DNA of 64,000 bases from Acidimicrobiia bacterium (GTDB lineage Bacteria > Actinomycetota > Acidimicrobiia > Spongiisociales > ZC4RG35). Below, piece after piece: positions 12,507 to 28,218 of this stretch. The notes below the pieces were generated by a model. That model saw nothing but the letters and a program-made list of their open reading frames with translations. It was not told the origin of the DNA and did no database searches. The position numbers and the translations under genes are program-made. The DNA lies in assembly GCA_036380875.1 (NCBI GenBank), contig DASVDX010000070.1, positions 20,233 through 84,232 of the forward strand. The letters run 5' to 3'. Position 1 is the first letter of the stretch, and every line of letters begins with the position of its first letter.

Positions 12507-13664
12507 GTGTTGCGTTTCCTGACCGCAGGTGAATCCCACGGCCCGGGCCTGGTGGCCGTGGTGGAGGGGCTGCCGGCCGGGCTGGAGGTGACGGTAGAAG
12601 GACTCCAGGCCGAGTTGGCACGTCGTCGCCTCGGTTACGGGCGCAGCCCACGCATGGGCCTCGAGAAGGACCAACTCGAGATCATCGGCGGAGTCCGCCA
12701 CGGAAGGACATTGGGATCTCCGGTTGCGGTCCTCATCCGCAACACGGAGTTCGAAACGAAGTGGGCGGAGGAGATGAGCCCCCACCCGGGGAACCCGAAG
12801 CGAAAGATGACGACGCCTCGACCCGGCCACGCCGACCTCCCGGGCATGCTCAAGTACGACACCCACGACGCCCGCGACATCCTCGAACGGGCCTCCGCCC
12901 GGGAGACGGCGGCGCGGACCGTCGTCGGCTACCTGTCCAAGCAACTCCTGGGTGAGCTCGGCATGTCGGTGCTCAGCCATGTGGTGGCAATCGGCACCGT
13001 CAGGGTCCCCGATGACATGCCGATCCCCGCCCCGGAAGACCTCGTCAGCATCGACTCTTCGTCGGTCCGCTGCTTCGATCCGGCCAGTGCCGCTCAAATG
13101 GAGGCGGAGATCCGAGGTGCCCGCGAGAGCCGCGACACCCTGGGAGGAGTGGTCGAGATCCTCGCATATGGGGTGCCCCCCGGTCTCGGCAGCCACGTGC
13201 ATTGGGACCGCAAGATCGACGGGCGTCTCGCCCAGGCGCTGATGTCGATCCAGGCGATCAAGGGTGTGGAGATCGGAGACGGGTTCACTCAGGCGCGCAA
13301 CCGGGGCAGCGAAGCCCACGACGAGATCTATCACAACGGCACCACCTTCACCCGCCAGACGCTCCGTTCGGGCGGGACGGAGGGAGGCATCACCATCGGG
13401 GGACTTCTCCGGGTGCGGGCGGCGATGAAGCCGATCTCGACCGTCATGCGCCCCCTCGACACCGTAGACGTCGAGACCAAGGAGTCGACGAAAGCCTTCT
13501 ACGAGCGTTCGGACGTCTGCGCTGTGCCTCGGGCCGGCGTCGTCTGCGAGCAGATGGTGGCTTACGTCCTCGCCGACGAGTCGCTGCGGATGTTCGGCGG
13601 CGACACCGTCGACGATGTGGTGGCGTCATTCGAGCGCTACCGGGCTCGGCTGGCCGAGTTCTGA
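12507..13664 (+). CDS. aroC: Chorismate synthase
   Basis: LTAGESHG, PRPGHAD, ERASARETA, SIQAIKG, RSDVCAVP. Confidence 0.97.
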   Translation: MLRFLTAGESHGPGLVAVVEGLPAGLEVTVEGLQAELARRRLGYGRSPRMGLEKDQLEIIGGVRHGRTLGSPVAVLIRNTEFETKWAEEMSPHPGNPKRKMTTPRPGHADLPGMLKYDTHDARDILERASARETAARTVVGYLSKQLLGELGMSVLSHVVAIGTVRVPDDMPIPAPEDLVSIDSSSVRCFDPASAAQMEAEIRGARESRDTLGGVVEILAYGVPPGLGSHVHWDRKIDGRLAQALMSIQAIKGVEIGDGFTQARNRGSEAHDEIYHNGTTFTRQTLRSGGTEGGITIGGLLRVRAAMKPISTVMRPLDTVDVETKESTKAFYERSDVCAVPRAGVVCEQMVAYVLADESLRMFGGDTVDDVVASFERYRARLAEF

Positions 13665-14173
13665 TGCTCTGGCTCATCGGGATGATGGGCTCGGGAAAGA
13701 CTTCCGTCGGTGCGGAGGTCGCTTCCCGGCGAGGTGTCGACTTCGTCGACACCGACGAGCTGGTGACGGCCGTCACCGACCTCAGCATCCCTGAGATCTG
13801 GCAACACCAGGGCGAGGAGGAGTTCCGGCGCCTCGAGCGCCAGATGATCGCTTCCGCCGCCGCCGAAGACGAGCCCGTTGTGATCGGCACCGGCGGGGGA
13901 GCGGTGCTCGACGATGAGAACGTCGAGATCATGCGCCGCTCCGGCACGGTGATCTGGCTCTCGGCCACGCCGGAGACGCTGGCCAAACGCATCGGCCGTG
14001 ATTCGAACCGGCCCCTTCTGGCCGCGGCTGAAGACCCGGTGGAGGTGCTCAGGGCCGTGCTCGCCGAGAGGGAGGACGAGTATCGACGGGCCGCCCACGC
14101 GGTGGTCACGACCGACGACAAGACGATCGATGAGGTGGTGGAGGAGGTGCTCCGACTGTGGAACGGTTCGTGA
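13664..14173 (+). CDS. aroK: Shikimate kinase
   Basis: ATG in TGATG overlap; GMMGSGKTSVG, GEEEFRRLE, GGG, RPLL. Confidence 0.95.
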   Translation: MLWLIGMMGSGKTSVGAEVASRRGVDFVDTDELVTAVTDLSIPEIWQHQGEEEFRRLERQMIASAAAEDEPVVIGTGGGAVLDDENVEIMRRSGTVIWLSATPETLAKRIGRDSNRPLLAAAEDPVEVLRAVLAEREDEYRRAAHAVVTTDDKTIDEVVEEVLRLWNGS

Positions 14174-15183
14174 TCGGCGCCGAAAGCGAGATCCTCGTCG
14201 ATCACGGCTTGCCGCGCCCCCTGCTTCCCGCCAACGACTCCCGACGCCGGGCGGCGGTGCTGACCCAACCCGGAGCGGAATCCATCGCCCGGCGGATCGC
14301 CGCCCTGATCACGGGGGAAGGCGCGGACGCCTACGTCCATGTGATGCCCGACGGCGACGAGGCGAAGACGCTCGCCGCGGTCGAGGCGGCTTACGCGTCG
14401 CTGGCCGAACAACGCATCGGCCGCACGGACACGGTGGTCGCCGTCGGTGGGGGAGCGGTGACCGACGCCGGCGGCTTCGTCGCCGCCACTTGGATGAGGG
14501 GCGTCGAGGCGGTCTATGTGCCCACCACCCTCTTGGGGGCGGTGGACGCCGCCATCGGAGGCAAGACCGGGATCAATCTCGCCGGGAAGAACCTGGTGGG
14601 GGTCTTTCGCCACCCGCGACGGGTGGCAGTGGACCTCCTGATCCTCGACGAGCTCCCCGACCACCTGAAGCGAGAGGGGGCGGCCGAGATCATCAAAGCC
14701 GGGTTGCTGGCCGCACCCGACGTCGTCGCCGCCTATCGGACTGCCGGCATCGACGCCCCCCTCGACGAGGTAGTGCCGACGGCGGTCGGGGTGAAGGTCG
14801 ACATCGTCACCCGTGACTTCACCGAAAGCGGGGATCGGGCCCTCCTCAACCTGGGGCACACCATCGGCCACGGAGTCGAGTTCGCAGCGGGGATCTCCCA
14901 CGGAGAAGCCGTGGCGATAGGCCTCGTCGCGGCAGCGGCGGTATCGGAGCACAAGCTGGGCTTCGGCGAGAGGAACATCGTGCACGAGGCCTTGGCCCGC
15001 ACCGGCTTGCCCACGGAAGCGCCTCCGGTCGACCGCGCCGAGGTGATCCGCCTCATCGGCCTCGACAAGAAACGGAAAGCCGGCCGCCTGTACATGACTC
15101 TCCTCGCCGCGGTGGGCCGCCCCGTGATCACCGAGGTCACAGACGCCGACGTCGCCGTCGGTCTCGACGCCATCGGGCTCTGA
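14158..15183 (+). CDS. aroB: 3-dehydroquinate synthase
   Basis: GGGAVTD, PTTLLGAVDAAIGGKTG, LNLGHTIGH, HGEAVAIG; start could be GTG 14170. Confidence 0.95.
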   Translation: MERFVIGAESEILVDHGLPRPLLPANDSRRRAAVLTQPGAESIARRIAALITGEGADAYVHVMPDGDEAKTLAAVEAAYASLAEQRIGRTDTVVAVGGGAVTDAGGFVAATWMRGVEAVYVPTTLLGAVDAAIGGKTGINLAGKNLVGVFRHPRRVAVDLLILDELPDHLKREGAAEIIKAGLLAAPDVVAAYRTAGIDAPLDEVVPTAVGVKVDIVTRDFTESGDRALLNLGHTIGHGVEFAAGISHGEAVAIGLVAAAAVSEHKLGFGERNIVHEALARTGLPTEAPPVDRAEVIRLIGLDKKRKAGRLYMTLLAAVGRPVITEVTDADVAVGLDAIGL

Positions 15184-15214
15184 GACCGCCGTCCTGAGGC
15201 CCCCGCTGCTTTCC

Positions 15215-15220
15215 TATCCT
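15215..15220 (+). promoter_or_regulatory. -10 element (TATCCT) for likely leaderless efp
   Basis: Hexamer 6 nt before ATG 15227, no SD. Confidence 0.55.
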
Positions 15221-15226
15221 TGCACC

Positions 15227-15784
15227 ATGATCTCTACCAACGACGTCCGCCCGGGCATGGCTCTCGCCCTCGACGACGGCATCTTCACCATCATCGAGTA
15301 CCAGCACGTCAAGCCCGGGAAGGGCAAGGCGTTCGTCCGGATGAAGCTCAAGAACGCCGAGACCGGTCAGGTCCTCGATCGAACGTTCCGCGCCGACGAG
15401 GACGTACCCCAAGCGATCATCGAGCGTGTCGAGCACCAGTACCTGTACTCGGACGACCTCGGGTACCACTTCATGAACCTCAGCGACTACGGGCAGATCG
15501 CCTTGACCGAAGAGGACGTCGGCAGCGCGGCGGGCTATCTCACCGACGGCTCCACCGTCACACTGGTCATGTACCAGGGCACCCCGATCGGCGTCGAGCT
15601 TCCAGCTGCGGTCGAACTCGAAGTCACCTATGCCGAGCCCGGTGTCAAAGGCGACACCCGCACCGGCGCCACCAAGCCCGTCACACTCGAGACCGGCCTG
15701 GTCGTCCAGGTGCCGCTCTTCGTGGAGCAGGGCGACCGCATCAAGGTCGACACTCGCACTGGCGAGTACCTGACGCGGGTGTGA
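15227..15784 (+). CDS. efp: Elongation factor P
   Basis: HVKPGKGKAFVR, PGVKGDT, VPLFV, KVDTRTGEY. Confidence 0.98.
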   Translation: MISTNDVRPGMALALDDGIFTIIEYQHVKPGKGKAFVRMKLKNAETGQVLDRTFRADEDVPQAIIERVEHQYLYSDDLGYHFMNLSDYGQIALTEEDVGSAAGYLTDGSTVTLVMYQGTPIGVELPAAVELEVTYAEPGVKGDTRTGATKPVTLETGLVVQVPLFVEQGDRIKVDTRTGEYLTRV

Positions 15785-16161
15785 CATCCGAGGCCTCTTC
15801 TGAGCCCCGTGACCGGGCCCTCCAGGCCCTGTACCAGGCCGACCGCACCGGAGACCCCGGAGACCTCGACGAGCTCCCCGCCAAGGCCCGCCGGCTGGTC
15901 GAAGGCGTCCTCGACAAGCTCGACGAGCTAGACGCCACGATCGCCTCGGTGTCCGACCATTGGAGCATCGAGCGCATGCCGGTGGTCGACCGGGCCATCC
16001 TCCGCCTGGGTCTCTACGAGCTCCGTTACGTCCCATCGGTGCCGACGGCGGTGGTGGTCAACGAAGCCGTCCGCCTCGCCAAGACCTACTCCACACAACG
16101 CTCGGGGGTGTTCGTCAACGGCGTGCTCGCGTCGCTGGCGGAGAAGGAGCGCGGTGCCTGA
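15781..16161 (+). CDS. nusB: Transcription antitermination factor NusB
   Basis: GTGA overlap with efp; RDRALQALY, DRAILRLG, NEAVRLAK, FVNGVL. Confidence 0.93.
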   Translation: MTSEASSEPRDRALQALYQADRTGDPGDLDELPAKARRLVEGVLDKLDELDATIASVSDHWSIERMPVVDRAILRLGLYELRYVPSVPTAVVVNEAVRLAKTYSTQRSGVFVNGVLASLAEKERGA

Positions 16162-17698
<1,537 letters not shown>

Positions 17699-17702
<4 letters not shown>

Positions 17703-18970
17703 TCGTCATCCGCGGCGGCTCGGTACTGACCCCGGACGGCATCGTGACCGCAGATGTGGTCGTCGAGGACGACAGGGTCGTGTCAGTGGAGGCGTCTCCG
17801 ATCTCGCACCCCCCGTCCCCGCCCACCACCCAGATAGACGCCACCGGTTGCTGGGTCGGCCCCGGCCTCGTCGATCTCCACGCCCACCTGCGCGAGCCCG
17901 GTCAGGAGTGGAAAGAGGACATCGCCTCAGGGAGCCGGGCGGCCGCCGCCGGAGGCTTCACCGCGGTCGTGGCCATGCCCAACACCCTCCCCGCGATCGA
18001 CGAAGGGCATCGGGCCCGCTTCGTCGCCGAGCGGGGCCAGAAGGTCGGGCTGTGCGATGTCGTCCCCGCCGGGGCGCTGACGCTGGGGCGGGAGGGCCGC
18101 CAACTCGCCCGCCTCGACGAACTGATGGATGCGGGCGTTCGGTTGTTCACCGACGATGGGGACACCCTCGTCGACGCCGGCCTCCTGCGGAGAGCCATGG
18201 AGTACCTGGCGGGACGGGACTGTGTGATCGCCCAGCATGCCGAAGACCCCGGTCTTGCCGGCGACGGCCACATGCACGAAGGCTCCGTCTCCTCGCGGCT
18301 CGGCATGCGCGGGCTGCCCGCCCTGGCCGAGGAGACGATCGTCGCCCGCGACCTGGCGCTCGTCGAGTTGACGGGCGCCACCTATCACGTGCAACACGTT
18401 TCGACCGCGGGCACGGTGGAACTCGTCCGTCGTGCCAAGAAGGCCGGGCTCTCGGTCACCGCCGAAGTGACGCCGCATCACCTCGTTTTCGACCACCAGG
18501 AAGTGGAGTCGATGGACCCCAACTTCAAGATGTACCCGCCCTTGCGTACCCCCGACGACGTGGCCGAGTTGCGCAGGGCATTGCTGGACGGGACCATCGA
18601 TGCCGTGGCCACCGATCACGCCCCGCACGCCGACCACGAGCAAGAAGTGCCCTTCGAAGAGGCACCCCGGGGAGTGATCGGGCTGGAGACGGCCGCCGCC
18701 GCCGTCATCACCGCCACCGGGATCGACCAGCAGCGCTTCTTCGAGCGGATGTCGATCATCCCGGCACAGATCGCCCGCCTCGACGGCCACGGTCTGCCCG
18801 TGGCTCCGGGATCGCCCGCCAACCTGGTGGTGATCGACCCGTCCGCCGTGTGGACGCCGGAACGATTCCACTCCCGCAGCCAGAACAGCCCCTTTTCGGG
18901 CCGCAAGCTCACCGGACGAGTCAGGGCCACGCTGTTGCGGGGACGCCTGACCCACGAGGAGGTGGCATGA
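17699..18970 (+). CDS. pyrC: Dihydroorotase
   Basis: DLHAHLREPG, MPNT, KMYPPLR, ATDHAPH. Confidence 0.96.
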
Positions 18971-20116
18971 GCGACGGCTTGCTGGTCACTGCCGACGGCG
19001 CCGTCTTCCGGGGCCGCTCGGTGGGAGCGGAAGGCATCGCCACCGGTGAAGCCGTCTTCAACACGTCGATGACCGGCTATCAGGAGATCCTCACCGACCC
19101 GTCGTACGCCGGCCAAGTCGTGGTCATGACCGCCCCCCATCAGGGGAACTACGGCGTGACCGAAGCCGATGCCCAGCGGCCCACCCTCGCGGTGGCGGGG
19201 TTCGTCGTGCGCTCCCTCTCTCGGCGCCACTCCAACTGGCGGGCGGAGGGGTCCCTCGCTTCCTATCTGCGCCAGCACGGGATCGTGGCCCTCGCCGACG
19301 TCGACACCCGCCGCCTGACCCGACACATCCGCGAACGGGGGGCGATGCCGGTCGCCCTCGGCGTGGGCGCCGACGAGGCGGAGGTAGCCGCAGCTGCGGC
19401 CTCCGCCCCGGGTATGGAAGGCCAGGACCTCGCCACCGGGGTCGCCACTGCCGAGCCATACGAGGTGGCGGCGACCACGGACCGTATCGGATCGGTGGTG
19501 GCGATCGACCTGGGGATGAAACGAGACATCGCCGACCGCCTCACCGAGAGGGGCCTCGACGTCACCGTGGTTCCTCCCCGCTTCACGGCCGACGACATCC
19601 TCGCCCTCGCGCCGGACGGGGTCTTCGTATCCAACGGGCCCGGCGACCCCCAGCCACTCGTGCAAGCGACGGAAGCGCTGGCCGGCGTGCTGGGAAAGGT
19701 GCCGGTCTTCGGTATCTGCCTCGGACACCAGGTCCTCGGCCTGGCCCTGGGGGCGTCGACGTTCAAGCTCCCGTTCGGTCACCACGGCGGCAACCATCCG
19801 GTGCGCCGGTTCAGCGATGGCAAGGTCGAGATCACCTCCCACAACCACGGGTTCGCGGTCGACCTGTGGAGCCTCACCGACCAGGCCCCGCCCGAGCGTC
19901 GTGGCCTGGTGACATCCGATCTCCTCCCGGAGCAGGTGGAGACACGCTTCGGCTCGGCCGTGCCCACCCACCAGAACCTGAACGACGGCACGCTGGAGGG
20001 CCTGCGCTGCCTCGACGTCCCCGCCTTCTCCGTCCAGTACCACCCGGAGGCGGCCCCTGGCCCGCGGGATTCGGTCCACCTGTTCGACGAGTTCGTCTCC
20101 GTCATGGGGTTGGCCG

Positions 20117-20127
<11 letters not shown>
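18967..20127 (+). CDS. carA: Carbamoyl-phosphate synthase small subunit
   Basis: [31 protein letters not shown]. Confidence 0.97.
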
Positions 20128-23370
<3,243 letters not shown>

Positions 23371-23374
<4 letters not shown>

Positions 23375-24297
23375 CGGTCGTCACGGCAGTCGACCTCGGC
23401 CGTCTCCACCTGGAGACACCGCTCGTGGCGGCCTCTGGAACGGTCGGCTCGGTCTGGGAGTTTGCCCGCGTCGCCGACGTGTCCGCCTACGGAGCGATGA
23501 CCGCCAAATCGGTTTCTCCCGACCCCTGGCCGGGCCGCCGGCCCCCCCGTCTGGCCCCGGCCGGGGCGGGGATGCTCAACGCCATCGGCATCCAGAACCC
23601 GGGGATCGAAGCGTGGTTGCGGGAGACTGCTCCCCGACTCAGAGGCATCGGGTGCCCCGTGTGGGGTTCGGCCGTGGGCCGCACTCCCGATGAGTTCGCC
23701 CACGTCGCGGCCAAGCTCGACGAAGCCGGCGTGGCGGCAGTGGAGATCAACCTGTCGTGCCCCAATCTCGAGGACGGGCGTATGTTCGCCCTCGATCCCT
23801 CCCGTTCGGGTGAGGTGGTGGCGGCAGTGCGCGCCGCCACCTCGGCGCCCATCGGGGCCAAGCTCTCACCCAACGCCGACGACATCGTGGCTGTGGCCGA
23901 AGCGTGTGCCGCGGCCGGCGCCGACTGGGTGACCCTCACCAACACCATCTCGGGCGCATCCATCGACGTCGAAACCGCCCGCCCGGTCTTGTCGAGCGGC
24001 GCCGGGGGTTACTCGGGGCCTCCCCTGAAGCCGATCGCCCTGCGCTGCGTCATGGAGGTGGCGTCCCGGCTCCCCCAACTGCCGATCCTCGGCTGCGGCG
24101 GGGTCGTTTCCGGCCGCGACGTCGTCGAGTACCTGATGGCGGGGGCGACAGCGGTGGGTCTGGGAACCATCCACTTCGCCGATCCCCGGGCGGCTAGGCG
24201 CATCCTGGAGGAGCTCGTCATCTGGTGCGAGCGCCACGGAGTGAAGGCGGTTACCGACCTCATCGGGTCGGCACACGTCACGAAGGAGGAGCGGTGA
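23371..24297 (+). CDS. pyrD: Dihydroorotate dehydrogenase, class 1B-like catalytic subunit
   Basis: [41 protein letters not shown]. Confidence 0.93.
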
Positions 24298-25022
24298 GCG
24301 AGCACAACCCGGTGATCGTCGCTTTGGACTACGGAGAAGCCCGGGCCGCGGTCGAGACGGCCAAGCTGCTGGCACCCCACGTCGGCGCCTTCAAGGTCGG
24401 TCTCGAGCTCCTCACCGGGCCAGGGCCGGCGACGGTGGCGGCGATCAGGGAACTCGGGTTGCCGGTGTTCGTCGACGCCAAGCTCCACGACATCCCCAAC
24501 ACGGTGAGACGGGCGGCACGCAACCTGGGAGCGATCGGCGCCCGGTGGGTCACCGCCCACGCCGCCGGTGGCACCGCCATGCTCGAAGCGGCCGTCGAAG
24601 GCTTGGAGGACGGCGCCGCCGGTCACCCAGCCGGGATCCTGGCGATCACGGTTCTCACCAGCCTCACCGGCGCCGACCTGGCCGCCACCGGAATCACCGG
24701 CACGACGGGAAAACAGGTGGCGAGACTCTCGAAGCTCGCCGCCGCCGCCGGCGCGGAAGGTGTGGTTTGCTCTGTCAGGGAGTTGGGTGACGTCGCCCAG
24801 GTGGCACCAGAGCTGAAGCGGGTCACCCCCGGGATCCGGCCTTCGGGCGGTGACACCCATGACCAGGCCCGTGTCTCGTCTCCCGCCGAGGCCATCCGCC
24901 GAGGTGCTGACTGGCTGGTGGTGGGCAGATCGATCACGCGCGCTCCCGACCCCGTATCCGCCGCCGTCGGCATCGCCGAGGAGATCCTCGAGGCGCGCGC
25001 CGAACTGCGAACCGTCACATGA
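24294..25022 (+). CDS. pyrF: Orotidine-5'-phosphate decarboxylase
   Basis: VALD, KVGLEL, DAKLHDIPNT, TPGIR, VVGRSI; GTGA overlap start. Confidence 0.96.
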   Translation: MSEHNPVIVALDYGEARAAVETAKLLAPHVGAFKVGLELLTGPGPATVAAIRELGLPVFVDAKLHDIPNTVRRAARNLGAIGARWVTAHAAGGTAMLEAAVEGLEDGAAGHPAGILAITVLTSLTGADLAATGITGTTGKQVARLSKLAAAAGAEGVVCSVRELGDVAQVAPELKRVTPGIRPSGGDTHDQARVSSPAEAIRRGADWLVVGRSITRAPDPVSAAVGIAEEILEARAELRTVT

Positions 25023-25749
25023 AACGTCGGATCAGAGATCCGGGCACGGCGCGGAGGAGCCAGCCCAGAGGGCGCCACGGCCACGCCGGCACCACCACAT
25101 CCGACGCCCGCTCGTCCATCGCCGAGATCATCGCCGCCACGCCCCGCTCCAGGGGGCTGAGGTAGGGGAACCGGGTGCCGCCCGACAACTCGGTGCGGAT
25201 GTAGCCGGGTCGTAGCGTCGTGACGTAGATCCCGGACCCAGCGAGTTCGATTCGAAGCGATTCCCCGAGGCTGGCGAGAGCGGCCTTCGTGGCGGAGTAC
25301 ACGGCTGCCGACCCGGGCAGGCCACGGACGGATGCCAGCGACGAAACGAGGGCGATATGGCCCCGGCGCCGAGGCCGGAACAGCTCCAGAGCCGCCTCGA
25401 TCTGGGCGAGTGCTCCCGTCAGGTTGGTCTCGATCAGGTTCCGGTTGCGGTCGAACCCCCCGGTGCCCAACCGAGCCCCTCCGGCGACTCCGGCGTTGAC
25501 CACCACCACGTCGAGACCACCGAGTTGGGCATCGGCCATCGTCATCGCCGCCCACACGGCGGCGGCGTCGGTCACATCCAGGGCGTGGACGCTGACATTC
25601 CCAGGTAGCGGCGCCAGATCCGCCTCGAGCTGCTCGAGGCGGTCCAGTCGGCGGGCGGCGATGGCCACCGCATCGCCTCTGGCGACCAGTTGGCGGGCCA
25701 TCTCGGCCCCGAGCCCCGAACTGGCCCCGGAGATGAAGTACGCGGTCAC
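25015..25749 (-). CDS. Short-chain dehydrogenase/reductase
   Basis: GASSGLG, NAG, SSLA, YSATK. Confidence 0.9.
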   Translation of the reverse strand: MTAYFISGASSGLGAEMARQLVARGDAVAIAARRLDRLEQLEADLAPLPGNVSVHALDVTDAAAVWAAMTMADAQLGGLDVVVVNAGVAGGARLGTGGFDRNRNLIETNLTGALAQIEAALELFRPRRRGHIALVSSLASVRGLPGSAAVYSATKAALASLGESLRIELAGSGIYVTTLRPGYIRTELSGGTRFPYLSPLERGVAAMISAMDERASDVVVPAWPWRPLGWLLRAVPGSLIRRFM

Positions 25750-25851
25750 GACGGAACGAGCTCTTTCGGCAAGCGGCTAGGGTCCGAAAGCGTACGCCAT
25801 GACCGTAATCTCGCCTGATACAGTCGCGCCGTCCACTCCTGGGAGGATCGG

Positions 25852-26163
25852 ATGAAGCCGCCGGAACTGACAGCTGAGCAACGAGCCGCCGCCCTCGCCA
25901 AGGCCGCCGAAGCGCGCCGGGTGCGGGCCGAGCTGAAGGAGTTGCTCAAGACCGGCACCATCACCTTGGCGGAGGTTCTCAAGCGCGCCGACGAGGACGA
26001 TTTGATCGGTGGCATCAAGGTCGAGGCGCTGCTCGCCGCCATGCCCGGCACCGGCAAGGTGAAGGCGAAGCGTCTCATGGAGAAGTACGAGATCGCCGAC
26101 AACCGCCGCCTCCGCGGCCTCGGCGAACGGCAACGTGCCGGACTCCTCTCAGAGTTCTCCTGA
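25852..26163 (+). CDS. mihF: Actinobacterial integration host factor mIHF
   Basis: LTAEQRAAALAKAAEARRVRAELK, AMPGTGKVKA, RRLRGLG; SD GGAGGA; precedes gmk. Confidence 0.93.
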   Translation: MKPPELTAEQRAAALAKAAEARRVRAELKELLKTGTITLAEVLKRADEDDLIGGIKVEALLAAMPGTGKVKAKRLMEKYEIADNRRLRGLGERQRAGLLSEFS

Positions 26164-26728
26164 CAGTCCTGCGCCTCGCCCACGGGGCCGGCTGCTCGTG
26201 ATCGCAGGCCCCGGGGGCGTGGGCAAGTCGACGATCGTCGCCGAGCTCCGCCGCAGGATCCCGGTGCACTTCTCGGTGTCTGCGACGACGCGTCCCCCGC
26301 GGCCCGGCGAAATCGATGGCTTCCACTATCGCTTCGTCACCCGGGAACAGTTCCAGGACCTGATCGAGCGGGGAGAGTTGCTCGAGTGGGCGGTGTTCAA
26401 CGACAACTACTACGGCACACCCCGGGATGCGGTGGAAGCCGCCCTGGCCGATGGCCGGGACGTCCTGTTGGAGATCGAAGTCCAAGGCGCCCGCCAGATC
26501 CGCCAGGTGATGCCCGACGCTCTGATGATCTTCATCGCGCCCCCGTCGACGGAAGACCTGCGCCGGCGCCTGGAGAAACGGGCGGACACGTCACCTGAGG
26601 ACATCGAGGCGAAGCTGCGCATCGCCGAGGAGGAACTGGCGGCGGCGCCCGAGCTCTTCGACTACATCGTCGTCAACGACGACATGCACCGGGCTACAGA
26701 CGAGATCGTCGCCATCCTGGAGCAGTAG
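26135..26728 (+). CDS. gmk: Guanylate kinase
   Basis: GPGGVGKST, SATTRPPRPGEIDG, YYGTP, LEIEVQG. Confidence 0.96.
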   Translation: MPDSSQSSPDSPAPRPRGRLLVIAGPGGVGKSTIVAELRRRIPVHFSVSATTRPPRPGEIDGFHYRFVTREQFQDLIERGELLEWAVFNDNYYGTPRDAVEAALADGRDVLLEIEVQGARQIRQVMPDALMIFIAPPSTEDLRRRLEKRADTSPEDIEAKLRIAEEELAAAPELFDYIVVNDDMHRATDEIVAILEQ

Positions 26729-26811
26729 GAGTCGTCCCCGGCGTCTACTACCCTTTGGTGCATCCGAAACGACGAGTTTTTCCCACTGATCGAGTTCGAA
26801 ACCGAGGTCGC

Positions 26812-27033
26812 ATGGAGATCGAAGACGTAGTCAACGCCATCGGCAACCGCTTCGCGGCGGTCGTCGTCGCCGCACGGCGCGCCCGCCAGATCAACGCCTA
26901 CTTCAGCCAGCTGGGGGGCGGGATCGGCGAGTACGTGCCGCCGCAGGTCCATTCCCTGTCCCGTAAACCGCTCACCATCGCCATGGAGGAGATCGCCGAG
27001 GGCAAGGTAGCGGTGGAGAAGCAAGAGGAGTAA
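26812..27033 (+). CDS. rpoZ: RNA polymerase omega subunit
   Basis: NRF..VVVAARRARQIN, KPLTIAMEEI; located between gmk and coaBC. Confidence 0.9.
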   Translation: MEIEDVVNAIGNRFAAVVVAARRARQINAYFSQLGGGIGEYVPPQVHSLSRKPLTIAMEEIAEGKVAVEKQEE

Positions 27034-28205
27034 TGCTCTCCGGCCGCCGGGTCGTCCTCGGCGTCTCCGGTGGCGTGGCGGCCTACAAGTCCGCCTACCT
27101 CGCCCGCCGCCTCCTCGAGGCAGGGGCCGAGGTCAAGGTGGTGATGACCCCAGCGGCCCAACGCTTCGTCGGCGCCCAAACCTTCGCCTCGCTCACCGGC
27201 AGCCATCCCCTCACCGACCTGTTCGCTGACCGGTCGGTCAGCCCCCACACGGAACTGGCCCGGTGGGCGGAGCTCGTGATCGTGGCGCCTGCCACCGCCG
27301 CCACCATCGCCCGACTGGCCCACGGGATGGCCGACAACGCGCTCGCCGCCACGCTCCTGGCGACCCGCGCTCCGGTGATCCTGGCGCCAGCCATGCACAC
27401 GGAGATGTGGGAGCACCCGTCGACCCAACGCAACATCGCCCAGCTCGAGGCCGACGGTCATAGGATCATCGGGCCCTATCCCGGCGAGCTGGCCGGAGGC
27501 GACGTGGGCATGGGCCGCGTCGCAGAACCCGAAGACATCGTCGAGTTCGCCAGAACGGTGTTCGACCGTCCCCTCGACGGCCTCACCGTCCTCGTCACGG
27601 CCGGCGGCACTCGCGAGGCACTCGACCCGGTGCGTTACCTAGGCAACCGGTCGTCGGGCAAGATGGGCCACGCCATCGCCGGCGCGGCTGCGCAGCGCGG
27701 CGCCCGTGTCGAACTCGTCACCGCCTCGTCGCTTCCCGATCCCCCCGGCGTCAACACCCATCGCGTCGAATCGGCCCAGGAGATGCTCGAGGCGGTCGAG
27801 AAGATCCATCCCGACGTCGCCATCTTCGCCGCGGCGGTGGCCGACTTTCGTCCCGCCCACGCCGCCCACGACAAGCTGAGTCGAAGCGAAGGCCCTCCCA
27901 CACTCGTGCTGGAGCCGACGCCGGACATCCTGGCTTCGGTCGTCGCCCGGGACGAAGACATCTTCACCGTCGGGTTCGCCGCCGAGACCGGGGGAGTGGA
28001 GCGGGCGATCGAAAAGGCCAAACGCAAGGGAGTCGACCTGATGGTCTACAACGATGTCACCTCCCCGGGCTCCGGCTTCGGGACCGACACCAACCAGATC
28101 ACGCTGATCGAACCCGACGGCACGGTCGACCGATGGCCGCAGCTCCCGAAGACGGAGGTCGCCTCGCGCCTCTTGGACATCGTCGCCCGTCGCCTCGGGC
28201 GATAA
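27033..28205 (+). CDS. coaBC: Bifunctional phosphopantothenoylcysteine decarboxylase/ligase
   Basis: GVSGGVAAYK, APAMHTEM, TAGGTRE.LDPVRYLGNRSSGKMG, GFAAET. Confidence 0.97.
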   Translation: MLSGRRVVLGVSGGVAAYKSAYLARRLLEAGAEVKVVMTPAAQRFVGAQTFASLTGSHPLTDLFADRSVSPHTELARWAELVIVAPATAATIARLAHGMADNALAATLLATRAPVILAPAMHTEMWEHPSTQRNIAQLEADGHRIIGPYPGELAGGDVGMGRVAEPEDIVEFARTVFDRPLDGLTVLVTAGGTREALDPVRYLGNRSSGKMGHAIAGAAAQRGARVELVTASSLPDPPGVNTHRVESAQEMLEAVEKIHPDVAIFAAAVADFRPAHAAHDKLSRSEGPPTLVLEPTPDILASVVARDEDIFTVGFAAETGGVERAIEKAKRKGVDLMVYNDVTSPGSGFGTDTNQITLIEPDGTVDRWPQLPKTEVASRLLDIVARRLGR

Positions 28206-28218
28206 TCTGGAGGCTCGC

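Noticed and set aside
15184-15226. aroQ or Xaa-Pro peptidase between aroB and efp
   Set aside because: Gap is 43 nt; these genes are simply absent here and may lie elsewhere
26755-26811. N-terminal extension of rpoZ from the track start
   Set aside because: Similarity begins at ATG 26812, and a TACCCT -10 near 26748 suggests this stretch is 5' UTR
28206-28218. SAM riboswitch upstream of metK
   Set aside because: Only 13 nt of spacer, occupied by an SD
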